This document shows positions 27,801 to 41,100 of a stretch of DNA of 64,000 bases, piece by piece. The stretch is from Antedon mediterranea. Its lineage: Eukaryota > Animalia > Echinodermata. The translations under genes were made by a program, and so were the position numbers. Under the pieces are notes generated by a model. It had not been told where the DNA came from and did no database searches. It saw only the letters and a list, made by a program, of their open reading frames with translations. The number at the start of each line of letters is the position of its first letter. Position 1 is the first letter of the stretch. The DNA lies in assembly GCF_964355755.1 (NCBI RefSeq), contig NC_092679.1, positions 13,499,432 to 13,563,431 on the forward strand. Direction: 5' to 3'.

Positions 27801-29221
27801 TAGTGGGAACTACATTTTAAAAACATGGTACAGTTATAGTTGGGGATCGTCTGCTGGCAGGTTGATCATGTTAGGTACTGCACTTACAGCTGAGCCTGTG
27901 AGTTTGCTGAGAACAAACCCAAATAATAAATACATTTAAATACCTTTTAAATATTAACAGTTTTTAATGATCCATTTATTAAAATAATTATCAATATTCT
28001 ATGTAGAAACATGAATTGCATACTAGAGATTTAACTAAGGTATAAATATGAAAATCATAAAAATGCATTTTATGGAAATCACATTACAAACTGTACTGCA
28101 GTAAAATTAATTATCGTCGTCTCTCAAAATCTTTTGTTTACATCATAATTATTACGATTCTATATGTCAATGCAAGATTATTACAATCAAAAGAGGAGAA
28201 AATTCTGTGCATCCATGTGGATCGTCAGAGTGTCTGGAGCCGGCCAAACTGCAATGTTTGCCGTACTTAAGGATATAAATATAAAACACGCCAATCTGGT
28301 TTAATGAACGGTGTGCTTTGCGTGCTCAAGCCCAATTAATGATCATTCACAAAACTTAATTAAATTAAGCACTATTGAGGAAAGTGGATTTGTTATGTAT
28401 CCATGGAAACAAAATAAGGAAGTAGATTTACAATGCATGGTGAAAATTGAAATTGATTGTGTTGTTTAAGTAGAATAATTGTGTGTGTTTTTGTTGTGGT
28501 ATAAAGACAGTAAGAACGTCAAAATATCAGGAAAAATGACATAATGATTATCATATGTGTACAGTACCTCGCAGAAGAAAAATATCAATTGAATAATACT
28601 TTTATTACTGGAATGGTTTAGTCACATTTAAATTTAATATAAAAAGTAAGGATAAATATTCCTACATGGTGACAGTGTTCTCCCGAAGCAGGTTTTGCCA
28701 GCAAGATTTGCCGGACTAAATATTGTAGGCTCCTACCGGTATAAAAAAATGGTGCAAGAAAATAATAAAATAAAAACTTATCTATTAGTGGTAAGTTAGG
28801 CCTAGCCATTAAAAACATACACTAAAAGAGCAATCGAAGGCTATATATTTTGTCAATTGGATACACAAAGTACAATGTTATTTTACTTATTTGTATAGAT
28901 TACTTTACATCTAATAGTTATATCCATAATTCGGCACTCCGCTTTAATTTGCCGAAGTTATTTCTATATTGGGAGAAGAATGATACTGTAAGATTGGGTG
29001 TACCATATTCCCATACCTCAAGATATGAATTCTTTTTTTCCAGATTTGATTTAAATTTTATTAAAGAATCTTTAATAATTTACTGTACAGTAGGTCTAAT
29101 TTTGATTTAACCGATTTGATTTTTTGATAGCAGTTTTTATTATCATTTATATTATTGTGATATTTATAAATAATTTTACTTGTACAGTATTTAAGTTTAT
29201 TATTGTTTTTACAGTTTTTAG

Positions 29222-29415
29222 TGAGCGAGTGGCTGAGCGGTTAAGACAGTGGCTGTAGCCATAATATTTGAAAGGATTCAAGCGTCACTAATTGCTCCAT
29301 GGTTCTGGTGGTTGAACATTCCTTCTCAGATTTGGATTTTAAACCGTAAGTCCAGTGTGCACAAAATGTTTATGTACAACCTAGTACATCTTTTAAGACG
29401 AGTAGGGGGTTAACT
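29222..29415 (+). mobile_element. tRNA-derived SINE copy (truncated)
   Basis: GAGCGAGTGGCTGAGCGGTTAAGACAGTGG head and body similar to 8627-8915. Confidence 0.65.
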
Positions 29416-29429
29416 CTCTTTGTGAAAAT

Positions 29430-29981
29430 TTAGTAAATGCTCAACGGATGTTAAGATTACTTTGTTTAAGTCATACTGTATTAGTATGTATTGTGCGGCC
29501 TTATGGTGCGATTTTAATGTAAAAACTATGAAGTCATTACAGGTCTGTTATAATAACGCATTTAGAAAGATTTTAAAACGCTCAAGTTGTTTGTTTGTTG
29601 TTAAGTTAACCATGTTCCATCCTTCTATGAGTACATTCGGAACTCAATTTTTTGTTTCAAAACAAAAATTGAAAAAAGCTGTAATACTTTAATAACATGT
29701 GTTTTTTCTCGAATTCTAAAATATTCAAAGTTGCACAGAAAATAGATTGAACTTCTGTATACATAAAGTTCATGTATACCTTTACGTATGTTAACTTGTT
29801 ATCAGTATAACCATTATAATGTTCTATCACTCCAGTTGAAAACCGACGGTTTTCCGACGGCATTATGATGTGCGACATGTGGTATAGATGTTTTTACTTA
29901 CTTACATTTATTTTTTGAAATATTGTTATGTGTTATGATATGGACTTTGTTCTGAAATAAAAGTGAATTGAATTGAATTGA
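29430..29981 (+). mobile_element. LINE 3' fragment
   Basis: LFKSYCISMYCAALW...LQVCYNNAFRKIL is a post-RT LINE motif; ends with AATAAA plus (GAATT)n tail. Confidence 0.75.
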
Positions 29982-30149
29982 AAAGCGCCGTATTTTGACT
30001 GATACCCTTTAGGGAAGAAGCATGTAGTGTAAATCTAATAAATGAGTCCACATATTATTTGTAATACTTGTAATTTAATATAAGGCACAATAAAAATAAT
30101 GTATACTGTAAAGATAAAGGTGAGTACCGTGTTCCCTGAACGTAGGGGA

Positions 30150-30350
30150 ATGAGCTGTTAGGAGCTCATTGTACTAAGCCTCGGCATTATGTGGTAGGGT
30201 GGCCAGTTCCTTTCCACGCCGCCTTTTTTCTCCCTAATATTTTCAACCAGGTACTCATTTACAGCTGAGTGGACTGGGAGTTGTCGGGAATTGAACCCGG
30301 GTCTATCTGTATGACAGTCAAGTGTGCTAACCACTCGGCTATCCAACTCA
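30150..30350 (-). mobile_element. tRNA-derived SINE, second family
   Basis: Minus strand has A box TAGCCGAGTGG, B box GGTTCAATTCC, then CCACTCAGCTGTAAATGAGTACC, a central-domain-like motif common in invertebrate SINEs. Confidence 0.7.
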
Positions 30351-33300
30351 TGTATACTGTAATGTAATTTATTCAATCAAATTTCTGATTGTAGGCCTAA
30401 CAAATTGGATGAATAAAATATTTCTTATCTTATCATACCAAGCTGGCGACAGGTATTCTAACATTAACACTATAACAGAAAAATAAAATTAAATTGAATA
30501 GAAATTATAGTGAAGATTAATACTAGGAAAAACATTTTATTCTTTGTTAATTTCAATTTTTCAACAACTTCTACAAATGATATGATCTGTGACAAATGAC
30601 ATGAGCCAGAAGCTACAGAATTTCTCTGTAAGTAACGCAAGTATGCAGGAAACGTGTACCGCATTTATTTTTTTATTATTTTATTTATTAATTTAGCATC
30701 CATTTAACAAAACATTTAAAATATATAACAAAGAAAAAAAAAAAAACAATTGGAATATTAAAATTGAATAAAACCAAAGTGAATGGATGCAAGGTCAATT
30801 TATTTCCAATGGGGTAAATTTCAGGAGAAATCGGAGATGTGAAAATGAACAAGGATCATAAGACAGCAAGTCGCTTAAAAACCAGAACAAATCCATATTA
30901 AACTTTAGAAAAGACATCTGTAGAACACCCACAAAACTTGTTTAAAACTGTGAATTTTAATCTTGATACTTCTTAAAATAATAGTGTTTTACTAATAAAT
31001 GACAGAGTGGCATTTAGCATGAACCCATTAGAGAAAAATACTTATTATTTTAATGGTCTGATGGATACAAGTGGGCGTTAAAAAAGTAGTGTTTTTTTGT
31101 GTATGAAAATGTAATGTGTTGTACAGTATTAATATGTTGTTCAGTATACCTGTAGTTGGAATGAGGGTATTGGGACACTATAAAGGGAACATTTTCCTGT
31201 AACAATAAAAATGTAACACTACAGCCTACAGTACCCTTTCAGGGGACACGCTATTAGGGGGCACTTGTTGGGTCCTGAAGGTGTCACCTTAATAGGGGTT
31301 CTGCTTCATATAGCTTATTGGTAACTGTTAATTTTTATTTTATTGCTCAATCTTATAGTTTAAAGTTTCCTATTTTTGTTTAAAGTATTTTTTTTTACTT
31401 GAGTTTAAATCTAACCCTAGCCAACACAGAGACAAGAGTCTAGAAGGACAATAAGTTACTTTAAGTCTCATCCAAAAACAACTTGGAAATTTTGTTCATG
31501 TTATACTGTACTTTTAATACAACAAATTCTTCACGCTTTTGACCTTACTGTCTGGATTGGTTTAGAAGCTAGTTGAAATTAGCCTTCTTATCCAACCAAC
31601 CAATACAAAATAATTCTTAAACTAATAATTCCCTTAAAATCTCAAAAACAAAACAAAAAATCAAAGGGATAAATGTGTTTGTTTAGGATGACTATAACTT
31701 GCACATGATGGTATTACATATTTCAAAAGCAAGGGACTTTTTAAAAATTTTCTGTTGAATGAATGTTGTTTAGAGTAGGAAGTGTTGTTAATCAGAAAAG
31801 CAACATCCGAAGGCGTATTGTAATTTGCACAGATTAATCTATTCAAAGTAAAATTAACAATAGAGAGACATACTGAAAAAATGTCTCTATTATACTGTAA
31901 AGTATAACACACTGACTCTATCCTTGCCATGTGATTCTATCTAGCTGCAACGTTAATAGTAAATTACAATCTGGCCGATGGTAATAAACTGTTGAGAACC
32001 ACTGGCCTTTAAAGCATTTGACATTTGATTTTAAAATTTCTATTCACACTGCTGACATTTTTTTAAAAACTAAAACATATATCATATGCAAAATAATGAT
32101 AATGTGAAGAGTCATTATTGCTGTACTTTTTTTCTTTTGTTTATATTAATCAATAGTACCTCCCAGAAGCTTGGAAACTTAAAATGTGCAGCTGCGGCGA
32201 GCTGAGTTTTACTTGACTATACAGATCATACACACCTATATCTATGTCATTTGATTGGTTAATTTCATATCAAGTATTATGACACAGCCGATTATATTCT
32301 TGCAATTTGATTGGTTAATTATACGTATTACGTGTCATTTTTAATTAGCCCTACCTAATAGAAAAGAAATATGTAATAGTTATAATTAACACGCTCTAAT
32401 GCACATTCACTTTTTGAGAAGTTTTGCGTGGCGATATGGTTGATTAATCGCACTCGGAAAAATTGGTTGGTTGTGCGCGCCGTATATAATTTTTTTGAAC
32501 GATTGATAATATTAATAACCTTCCCACGACCTGTACATCCTCTCCTTCCTCAAAAAGGGAAGATCCAAACAAAGCTAAAGTGTCGGGCTATGGTAGAGTT
32601 ACTGAATTACAAAATGTCTGTTCACTAATGGCCAGTCGTGTGTCCTCAAGAGAAGCACTTACCTACTCTATTTAGCTTCATAAAAAATAGGACTACTAAC
32701 TGCAACAGATTAAAATGTAATCAAGTATAATAAGAACTGGGTTAAGAATTTAAAACCTCTTTATTTTCTAACTCAAGTGACATATAAACCAACTGTAGAG
32801 GGGGCCAGACAATTACAGATAATCAATGCTAAACTAGATCATGTCCAATAATAGTTGTATGGATTTAATAGCATGATATAAACACATTATACGAAACAGC
32901 ATGCTTAAAAAAGACTAAATAGGTTAGATTATCTGACTATGCACTCCCACGCAAAAAGAGACCAGGTATCTTAAACGAACATATAGTGTTTGTCTGGCTT
33001 TTTAGTAATCGCTACATGATGCCACATTTACTTTTATATTGTACTAAATATGGAGGTGTTGCATGTTAGAATATGGTAACGAAAAACAGTACATAATTTT
33101 TAATCTCTGTTTCATTCGTCAAAATGTATTCATTTTGGCAAGGTCAGATCAGATTTTGAAAAAACAAAAATATAACAATCTTCGGACTGGAAGGAAGGGG
33201 AATCCTTGAACCGTTCAAAATGACCCGGATCAATAGATGACGCACACAAGACATATTTTCACCGGGCATCCTCTGCCTAAACCACCACTGATCGGCAATA

Positions 33301-33859
33301 AGATAAGGAAGGAGAGGAGGATCCCACAGATGTTAACAGCGCGGATCCCTTCCTGGGCAGCCCTATGAGTGTGCTGGTTACTTTCCAGTACTTGCGTTTT
33401 ATTCGGGAAGATGTTCGCTAATGGCTTTAATTGCTGATCATCTCGGAGCCGATTCTTAGCAGCCCGGGGTAATAACTTTTAATTCAGAATTAGATGCTGA
33501 TAATTTGCAAATTCACTCATCAATACAGACTGTTTGTCAGACCAAAAAGGGGAAGGGAGATGGGGGAATGAAGGGATTAAAAGCAATATATAAACAAACC
33601 TGACATGTGTATTCTCTTGTTGAAGTAGAGTTTTAAGTGCATTTTTGGCTTAGAATCTCACCTCACAGATGGTGAGCTATTGTCATGTAACTCAGACGTT
33701 GTAGTTTACGCTGAGGCATAATAAAGCTTTGAACAAGAATGACAGCAACAAGCGGACACGGTTCACAGCACAGTCCACCTGTTTAGACGCCCGTGCCACA
33801 CAACACTCAAATTAATTTGCATTCATCACTCTCTACCATTAAATAAAAATATATTTTAC

Positions 33860-34020
33860 CTTTTATTTTTATAATTGTTCAGAATTCGAAGTAGTTTTGC
33901 TAGACAATCAGGCTCTTCTGAAAATGCTGATGATACTTTTTTAATGTAATTCCTAGTCTTCTCTGTTGTTCTTTCCTTTGGTTGTGCTTTAACAACAGCA
34001 ATTGGAGTTTTTGATCCAGC
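33860..34020 (-). CDS. Putative DTD1 exon 6: linker plus N-terminal half of a PAH domain
   Basis: Acceptor ttttgtattcatctaaaaAG, donor AG|GTaaaa, 161 nt, phase 0 to 2. Encodes AGSKTPIAVVKAQPKERTTEKTRNYIKKVSSAFSEEPDCLAKLLRILNNYKNK, matching the PAH helix 1-2 pattern Y..KV...F...P......L.I...(F/Y)K. Confidence 0.75.
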
Positions 34021-35043
34021 CTTTTTAGATGAATACAAAAAGAAAAAGTTATTTTAATTTATAATAAATTCATATTTATTGTTTAATTAAAGAATAGTGA
34101 TGTTCCGCCACATCACAAGTGTCGCCATCCAATCGAATTTGAATTATACCATGGTCTAATCATTAGAATATCTGCATAAATGATCAAGTGTGTTAAAGAG
34201 TCGCTATCCAATCAAATTTTAATGTTGGTCCTTTTCTAATTTCTTTTTTTTGTTCCTATTCTTATACCATTTCCTGTTTCTCGTGTCTTTGTTTTTATAT
34301 TTTTTAAATATTTAAAAATACATTTCTTTCTCTTGGCATCATTTCTCAAAATGTTGTTCTCTCAAACTTGCATTAAGCTGGAGTTTCTAAAAATCATTAT
34401 AAATATTGAAATAATGTTTGATGATAATGGTTTGGTTTAAACATCCAAAAATACCAAACATTCTAAACAGTTTAATAATTAAAAAATATAGGCTGAAATT
34501 TCTATATTTATATAACAGTAACCATTAGAAAGTTAAATTTGTGTTGATCAACAATAGAATATGATGATGATGACATATACGTTATTGCTTAATACCATAA
34601 ACGCTGTCTTTAATCAAGCTTAATGTTTTTAGACAAAATTAATAACAGTAAAATCACAAATCCGGATTCCTTCTAAAATATGATTTCAAGGAATTGGAAG
34701 ACAAAAATGTCAACAACCAATATACTGATAGTTAGTAAATTATAAAATTCATTAAAGTACAACACCTATTAGAGAGACACTTTCGGGATTTTACTTATTA
34801 TTTATTGATTAGAAACTCGACACAAATAGCAAAAAATACATCAATATTCATTGAGAAAACAATGGAACAATAATGATAAAAATAACCGGGGTTAATGGTG
34901 TGTCCAGAGAGAATAATGGGATGATAGCCAGACACAAAAGTGTCTGTTAAAAGGGTGGGGGGGGGGGGGGAGGGGTTGTCCTATGATTTAGGGTTGGTTG
35001 CAGTGTTAAAAACTATTCCCCTAATTTGACGGGAAAGTTCATT

Positions 35044-35389
35044 AGGCATTTCTCTCCCTTAGCAGAATCAGTCCATTTCACCCGGGTTTTTGAAAAAATC
35101 CGGGTAATAAATCTTGGTCTGTTTTAAACAATTTACGAGTTCTGATTGTTTATCTTGACACACATGAGAGGCCAGCTGGAGTGTGACAGATACTTCACTA
35201 CAGAAATTGCTGAAAACCATGTAGGAATTTTCATGACCTGTCCAGGTGACCTTGTTGTAAATGACCTAATAGTACCCTTGGGTTGTATTTAATTGGCAGT
35301 TAATATAATCAAATTACAATTGTGTGTTTTATGGGCTGACACTCTGGACAGGCATGTGGACCATTTCTGCTAAGGGAGAGTTTTGCCTC
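35044..35389. mobile_element. MITE
   Basis: Imperfect TIR AGGCATTTCTCTCCCTTAGCAGAA / TTCTGCTAAGGGAGAGTTTTGCCT. Confidence 0.65.
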
Positions 35390-37684
35390 ATGTTCCCTTT
35401 AATAGTGGTGTACAAATGAGGGTCTCTCTGTAAATACATTTATTAGATTTATATAGAACTACCACAATGTTATCTATCTGTCTATTATTATGCGACACTA
35501 ACACTTTCTTTCAGTATCATACTATAGTTTATAGAGTACATCTGTCATTGAAAGTATTCTCACTTTTAGTATTGTTGTGATTTGACAGGGCTACGTGTAA
35601 GTAAAGAAGTAAAGTTGGAACTCCAAAGAAGTATTAATTATGCTTCCTGTATTATTGGAATTGAGTATCCATTTTTTTTTATAAGAGAATATTCTAAAAA
35701 AACACATCTAATTTTACAAGACTCAACATATCCATTGTACTTTTTTTTTAAAGTTTTTAGGAGCAGCAGACGCTTCCATAGTCAGACGGAGTTTTGTCTT
35801 AATATTAGTAAAAATATATATATTTTTGCACATATGGCGTTTCATACGTGTATTACTTGAGTTTGGATACTTCGTCTGGGGAAACACGCACAAGTCACAT
35901 GGTTTGACACCAAGAATTCTTGGTGCATAAATTATCCAGTTGACTAGTTTAAGCCGCATGCCATTGGCTACTCATTCGTACGCAGTTTTAATATTCATAT
36001 TTCAGAATTCCAAAGACTCAACATCTAAGACGATGCGCATGCGCTATGTTACGTTTAGACAATGTGTACTTGGATTGATGAAAGTTTCTGAAGGCTAGAA
36101 ATGATTTTATATGCCAAGTAGTCTGGTAAACATTTGATGGGATTCTTCCCAAGACACGTGAAAACTCGTCTTGATATGATAGGCTAGCTTCTCCGCCAAA
36201 TCAAACATTGAATGGATCATTTATTATGCGGAGATAATTTGATTTAATTCCCACCCAGATCCTGTCCTGCTATGTGTGGAGGAGTAGCCCTGTTGTGTGC
36301 CGGTCGGTGGTGGTATGTACCTTATTGGCGTTTTATTTGACAGGTCATACGTACGAGTTGAGTAGCCCTACGAAGGAGGCCTAGGCCAGGACTAAACAAT
36401 TAATAAACAAAACAACTTGGCAACACGATTTTATATTTCCACAGTTGTTCAGTTTCGATCGTACATTCAGCACTGTACGTACGTACTCGATCTTTTTTCA
36501 TTTTGAAACAAAATGATCATTGGTTGATTCGAAATACATATTTACACTGCCCGCCCCATATAGCCAAATACGGTATGATAACATACGTCATTCTTATCGG
36601 ATGTTTGCGGTCTGCAAATCGATTTCTATACATGTTTCACAAGTCTGTATTTTCAGACAAAAATCGCTGTCGAAATAAAAACAAATAAATAAAAAAAAAA
36701 GACAATACAGACTTGAGGCAAGTCTAACGCTTCCAGTTCATCACCTCTTGTAAAATAGATTCCGATGATGATGATATTTGACCTTTGTAAACCAAAAACA
36801 TTAAAGAGTGAAACACACCTTTAGGTAACAAACTACATACAACATCACCTTTTATTTCACACAGTGAAAAAACTATATTTATGTTAATGACACAACAGGG
36901 ATTAGACGTACAAAATGTAACAATATCTCTGTTATGCTAATGATTTAACTAAGTTATTTTTACTTTATGCATAAAATAATATGTATTATGGTTTATTATT
37001 TATAGATATAACTTAAGCCCAATAAATTGACTTGACTGAATTGACTTTTTGTAACTTTGTGTATATTTTAAACATATTTTATTGATATTTGTATCGTTAA
37101 ATAAGAGAGAGTCAACCTTACTGTAATATATTATGGGCCTGTGGCCTAAATATGAAAAAAAGGCAGGCACCATTGCCTGGAATGAATAAGTTGTATTGAA
37201 TTGAATATGATTTGATATCCTGATTTATTACACATTTGCAATCGCAAACTAAGTATAGTTGATGCGCTATAGTATACATGGTTGACCACATAAATACCAG
37301 GGAAATCCACATGCACGAAATTCTTCGGTGGATTTCACATTTTTACAATTTGTTACATTTTGCAGATGTGAAAGTGATATAAAACTGCCAAAATATGTTT
37401 TTTAATACTGTAAATCCTTCAGCGGTTGAACAACAATCACGAAATCGCCAAAAGCGCAAAATTCTTGATGATGTTATTTTAGATATTGACTTGCTTACTT
37501 ACAGTGAATCAGGCCTTTGGGGGCCAATTGCTGTCTATATCGACAAAAATATTTATAAAATAGATTCAATAAATTCTGTATTCTTTGAAACATTTACATT
37601 TATAATCTCTGATTATTTATATTGTTTGTTCAGATGTAATTTCAACTGACGGAAAAAAACTCCTGCGTCTCATTGAAAACAATA

Positions 37685-38100
37685 GGGACTTTATGAAACC
37701 CGACGGGAAGCCACATGACGGTGCTCATGAATAATTTATGCATGAGCTTTAACAGAGTGGGCGGAGCTTAGCGTGAAATTCCGTCGTCTTAACTTTTTGA
37801 GGACGATAAAGTTGCCATTTTCCTGTTTACTGAGAACGACTAGAAATAATGTACAATAACCTTAAATATACAGTTCAAATTACACTTGGAAGGCTAGGCC
37901 TATGGTGTATCACCAGAGCCAATTGATTCAGAAGAGCCCTGCGACACGAGACGGGGCAGGGAGAGATGCTGCCGGTCGTCGTCTTTCGCGCAAGGGTGCG
38001 TAACTAATATAGTGGCTATGTTGACTGTATATGAATTTACGCTCTAGCGAACACTGGATATTCGTCGTCCTCCCCTAACCGTCGTGTTTCGTAAAGTCCC
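37685..38100. mobile_element. MITE next to the DTD1 exon 5 donor
   Basis: TIR GGGACTTTATGAAAC / GTTTCGTAAAGTCCC flanked by TA. Confidence 0.8.
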
Positions 38101-38133
38101 TAATGAGGAAATTCCTCAGCGATCGTTGGTTAC

Positions 38134-41100
38134 CTTTCTTTCTAGAGTTGACGGTTTCTTTGGCGTCTCTTCAACAGCATCTGCAATGGGCGAGTCAATT
38201 TGTATTGTGACTGGACCATCATTTTCTATATGGACTTGCATATAAGCACCAAACTGACCATCTAGTAAAGTAATCAAAATATTAACAATCATCTAGCAGT
38301 TTGTTTCATTACAACAAAATCATGATTTTAAGCTTTGAAAATGTCTTTACACGATGGGTTCGGTCCGGTGCCCTGAGAAAAATATCATGGAAAATGGGTT
38401 TAGTGGTAAAGCAACCCTCTTAGTGCCACGGGCGGCGTTAGAAACCCCATTTAAGATCGTTCACACCAAAATCCGTACCAGTTTTGAACAGTGAGCATGA
38501 TGAACTTGTTTGACACGCTCAATGCTCACAATATTTTTCTGAGGGTGCCGTACCGAATCCGGACGCTATGTGAAAGCAGCTTTAGGGTTCCTCGCTCCTC
38601 ATTTGTACAACATGGACTGAGATGGAATAGAACAGTGGATGTTGAATAGCGAATCTCTCAACTTATGAAAATATACTGCCCATTCAACTCATAAACATTC
38701 ATACTAGTATTAAGTATTTTTGATTTAGCTTTTTGCTTATTTTGTTAGTATCTCTACACAGATCCAGCCACTGATACTCATAGCAGCATTTTCATTTTTT
38801 CAGTAATTTGATTTATTATATAATTATTATAATATATTTTTTTAGCTCTGACAGAAAAATGATCAACACATTGTTATCCTTTTATACTCATTGGGATATA
38901 AACTCAATATAAGTTATTTATGTACTGTGTACACATGACCAACAGCTTTTACATTTAAAGAGAGAATTTAAGTATCTTGCCCAGGATAAAATCAATGGGA
39001 CAGACATGCTAGTCATACCTTTCAAGCCATACTCTTAAATATGACAATTATTAATAATAGTACAGGATAAATCTAAAATGTTCACAACATCTTTCAAAAA
39101 GTGTTTTTTTATATTAATCTTGGAAAAAGATTGATGAGTCTTAATACCCACCTACTCCCACAAATTGCAAATAAATATGCATGCTTGTTGTATTTAAAAT
39201 AACTTTATATTATTTGCAACAATTATATGATGTAAAGAACATTAATTATCCCTCAAAAAATAAAATACATTAGTAGAACCTTAAAATTAAGGGGACACAT
39301 TGAATAGAGGTTGGCCAATTAAAACATATATATTTGCCTCATTCATTTCATGAACACCTGAATAAGAGATCATGTCCCAAATGTCCAATTCTTCAGATAA
39401 ACTTGGCATACATTTTTAGATAATATTTTGCATCCTAATCTGGTGACTTCATAGAAAATTAAAATTATTCATGTATACAGTGTACACAAAAATAAAAATC
39501 ATAATATTTTTTTTATATGCCTCTAATAAAATTTGTGTACAAAAGAATAGGGAAATAACTGTTTAATTTATCTAATAAAAAAAAAATCTGTAAAGCACTG
39601 TCTACACTATCAGTATCAAACTAGTTTGTGTGATATGTCCAAGTATGGTAGTGATATTACCAAATATGATAGTGGTATGACATCATCATGTCCATATATG
39701 GGCACATCACAATTTGTTTGTCACATAAAGTTTGATAATGTAGACAAGGCTTTACATAGGGGGGGGGGAGGGGAAGACTATAAATCGATAATTATTGGAA
39801 TGTATGATCAATAGATTGTTGCAAATGTGACACCTGCTCTTTAAGATGATCACTTCAATATCTTCTGTCGCTCCTACACATTTTTCTAAATTTACCTTTG
39901 CATCATCTGCCTTAATATTAGACTGAAATAACTTTTTTTCGTTAGCAACATTAATTAACAATGCAGAGGGTAATTTCCTTTTATTTTCAAATAGTGAGTT
40001 AAAATAGTTACATATCTAAGTTTAGAATCGCACAAATGGCCAGATGGTAAATAGATAATAGTTTTTAAACAAAATTATTAATAATAATAGTAATCACCAA
40101 TGATACATTTACCAATGGTGACCCATTAAAAGGAAAATTGAACTGACTTTATAAAGATATATTGCCCCCTGAAAAAATAATCAAGCACTTTTTTTAATAT
40201 GCCATTTAAATGTAACATATTTACACTTACAGTATTTAATTTGACAAAAAAACTGTAGTTTTGGGATGAATTTAACCATTTATTTGATTTTTTAAAGTGA
40301 AATCACTATTTGTTCGTTTTTTTTAAAGGAAATGAATAACTTTATTAAAACTGCAAAATGGCATATTCAAAGTCTGATTATATTAATCTTCAGCCTTATA
40401 CAAATAGCATAAACTATACCTTTGATCAATTCTGGTTTATAATCTTTGCCTAATAGTTGTAGAAATTCTTCATAAAACAGTTTTGATTTTTCTCCTGGCA
40501 TAGCACAATGGAAGTCTGGTTTATTTCCCTTTAGAATTGCGTATAATGTGAACTGCAAAGAAAATTGGACATGCTATTGAAAAAATGATAGTTTGTTGTT
40601 GTAGTAGATGCAGAATTCACATTCACATCGCCTAACAAACTCAAGAGTGTTTTCCTCAATATGCACATAGCTCGCGGCATCCATGACAACAAAATTCCCT
40701 AATGATGTACGAGCGCGCGCAATCAGATGGGAATATGAACTAAATCCGGACCGGACCAGGTGTGGAAGAACAATATACAAACGTTGTTTGGAAGTTCACT
40801 CTGGAATGGCCTACTGTACCTGAATGAATTAAGAAAACAAAACAATTACAACCGTTTTAAATCACTTAAGATTCATTTAAGTGAATTGTTACCGGTGGTC
40901 TAGGATGGTTGCAGTGAAAATAATTAAATAAAAATGGTATAAAAAGTTATAATTAATAATGAGATTGAGAACATGCTTTGAATTGAAGTTTAGTTTCAGT
41001 TTAAGTTGTTTTAAAATTATGTTTAAATGTGCCGTAGGGCCCGTCGGAAGAGCAGTTTTATTTTATTACTGAGAGGGCTACCCTACTGAAAGAAAACGAA

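Noticed and set aside
30270-30350. Possible tRNA gene (also 8627-8720 and 29222-29300)
   Set aside because: A and B boxes are present, but I could not fold a convincing cloverleaf and each continues into a SINE body.
12570-34020. A bona fide Sin3 gene
   Set aside because: Only one diverged PAH is present; no PAH2/3, HDAC-interaction domain or Sin3 C-terminal exons were found, and real Sin3 PAH1 is far more conserved.
36700-36790. Possible extra DTD1 terminal exon (VKYHHHRNLFYKR*) after an AAG acceptor on the minus strand
   Set aside because: Very short, weak acceptor, no recognisable homology; indistinguishable from chance.
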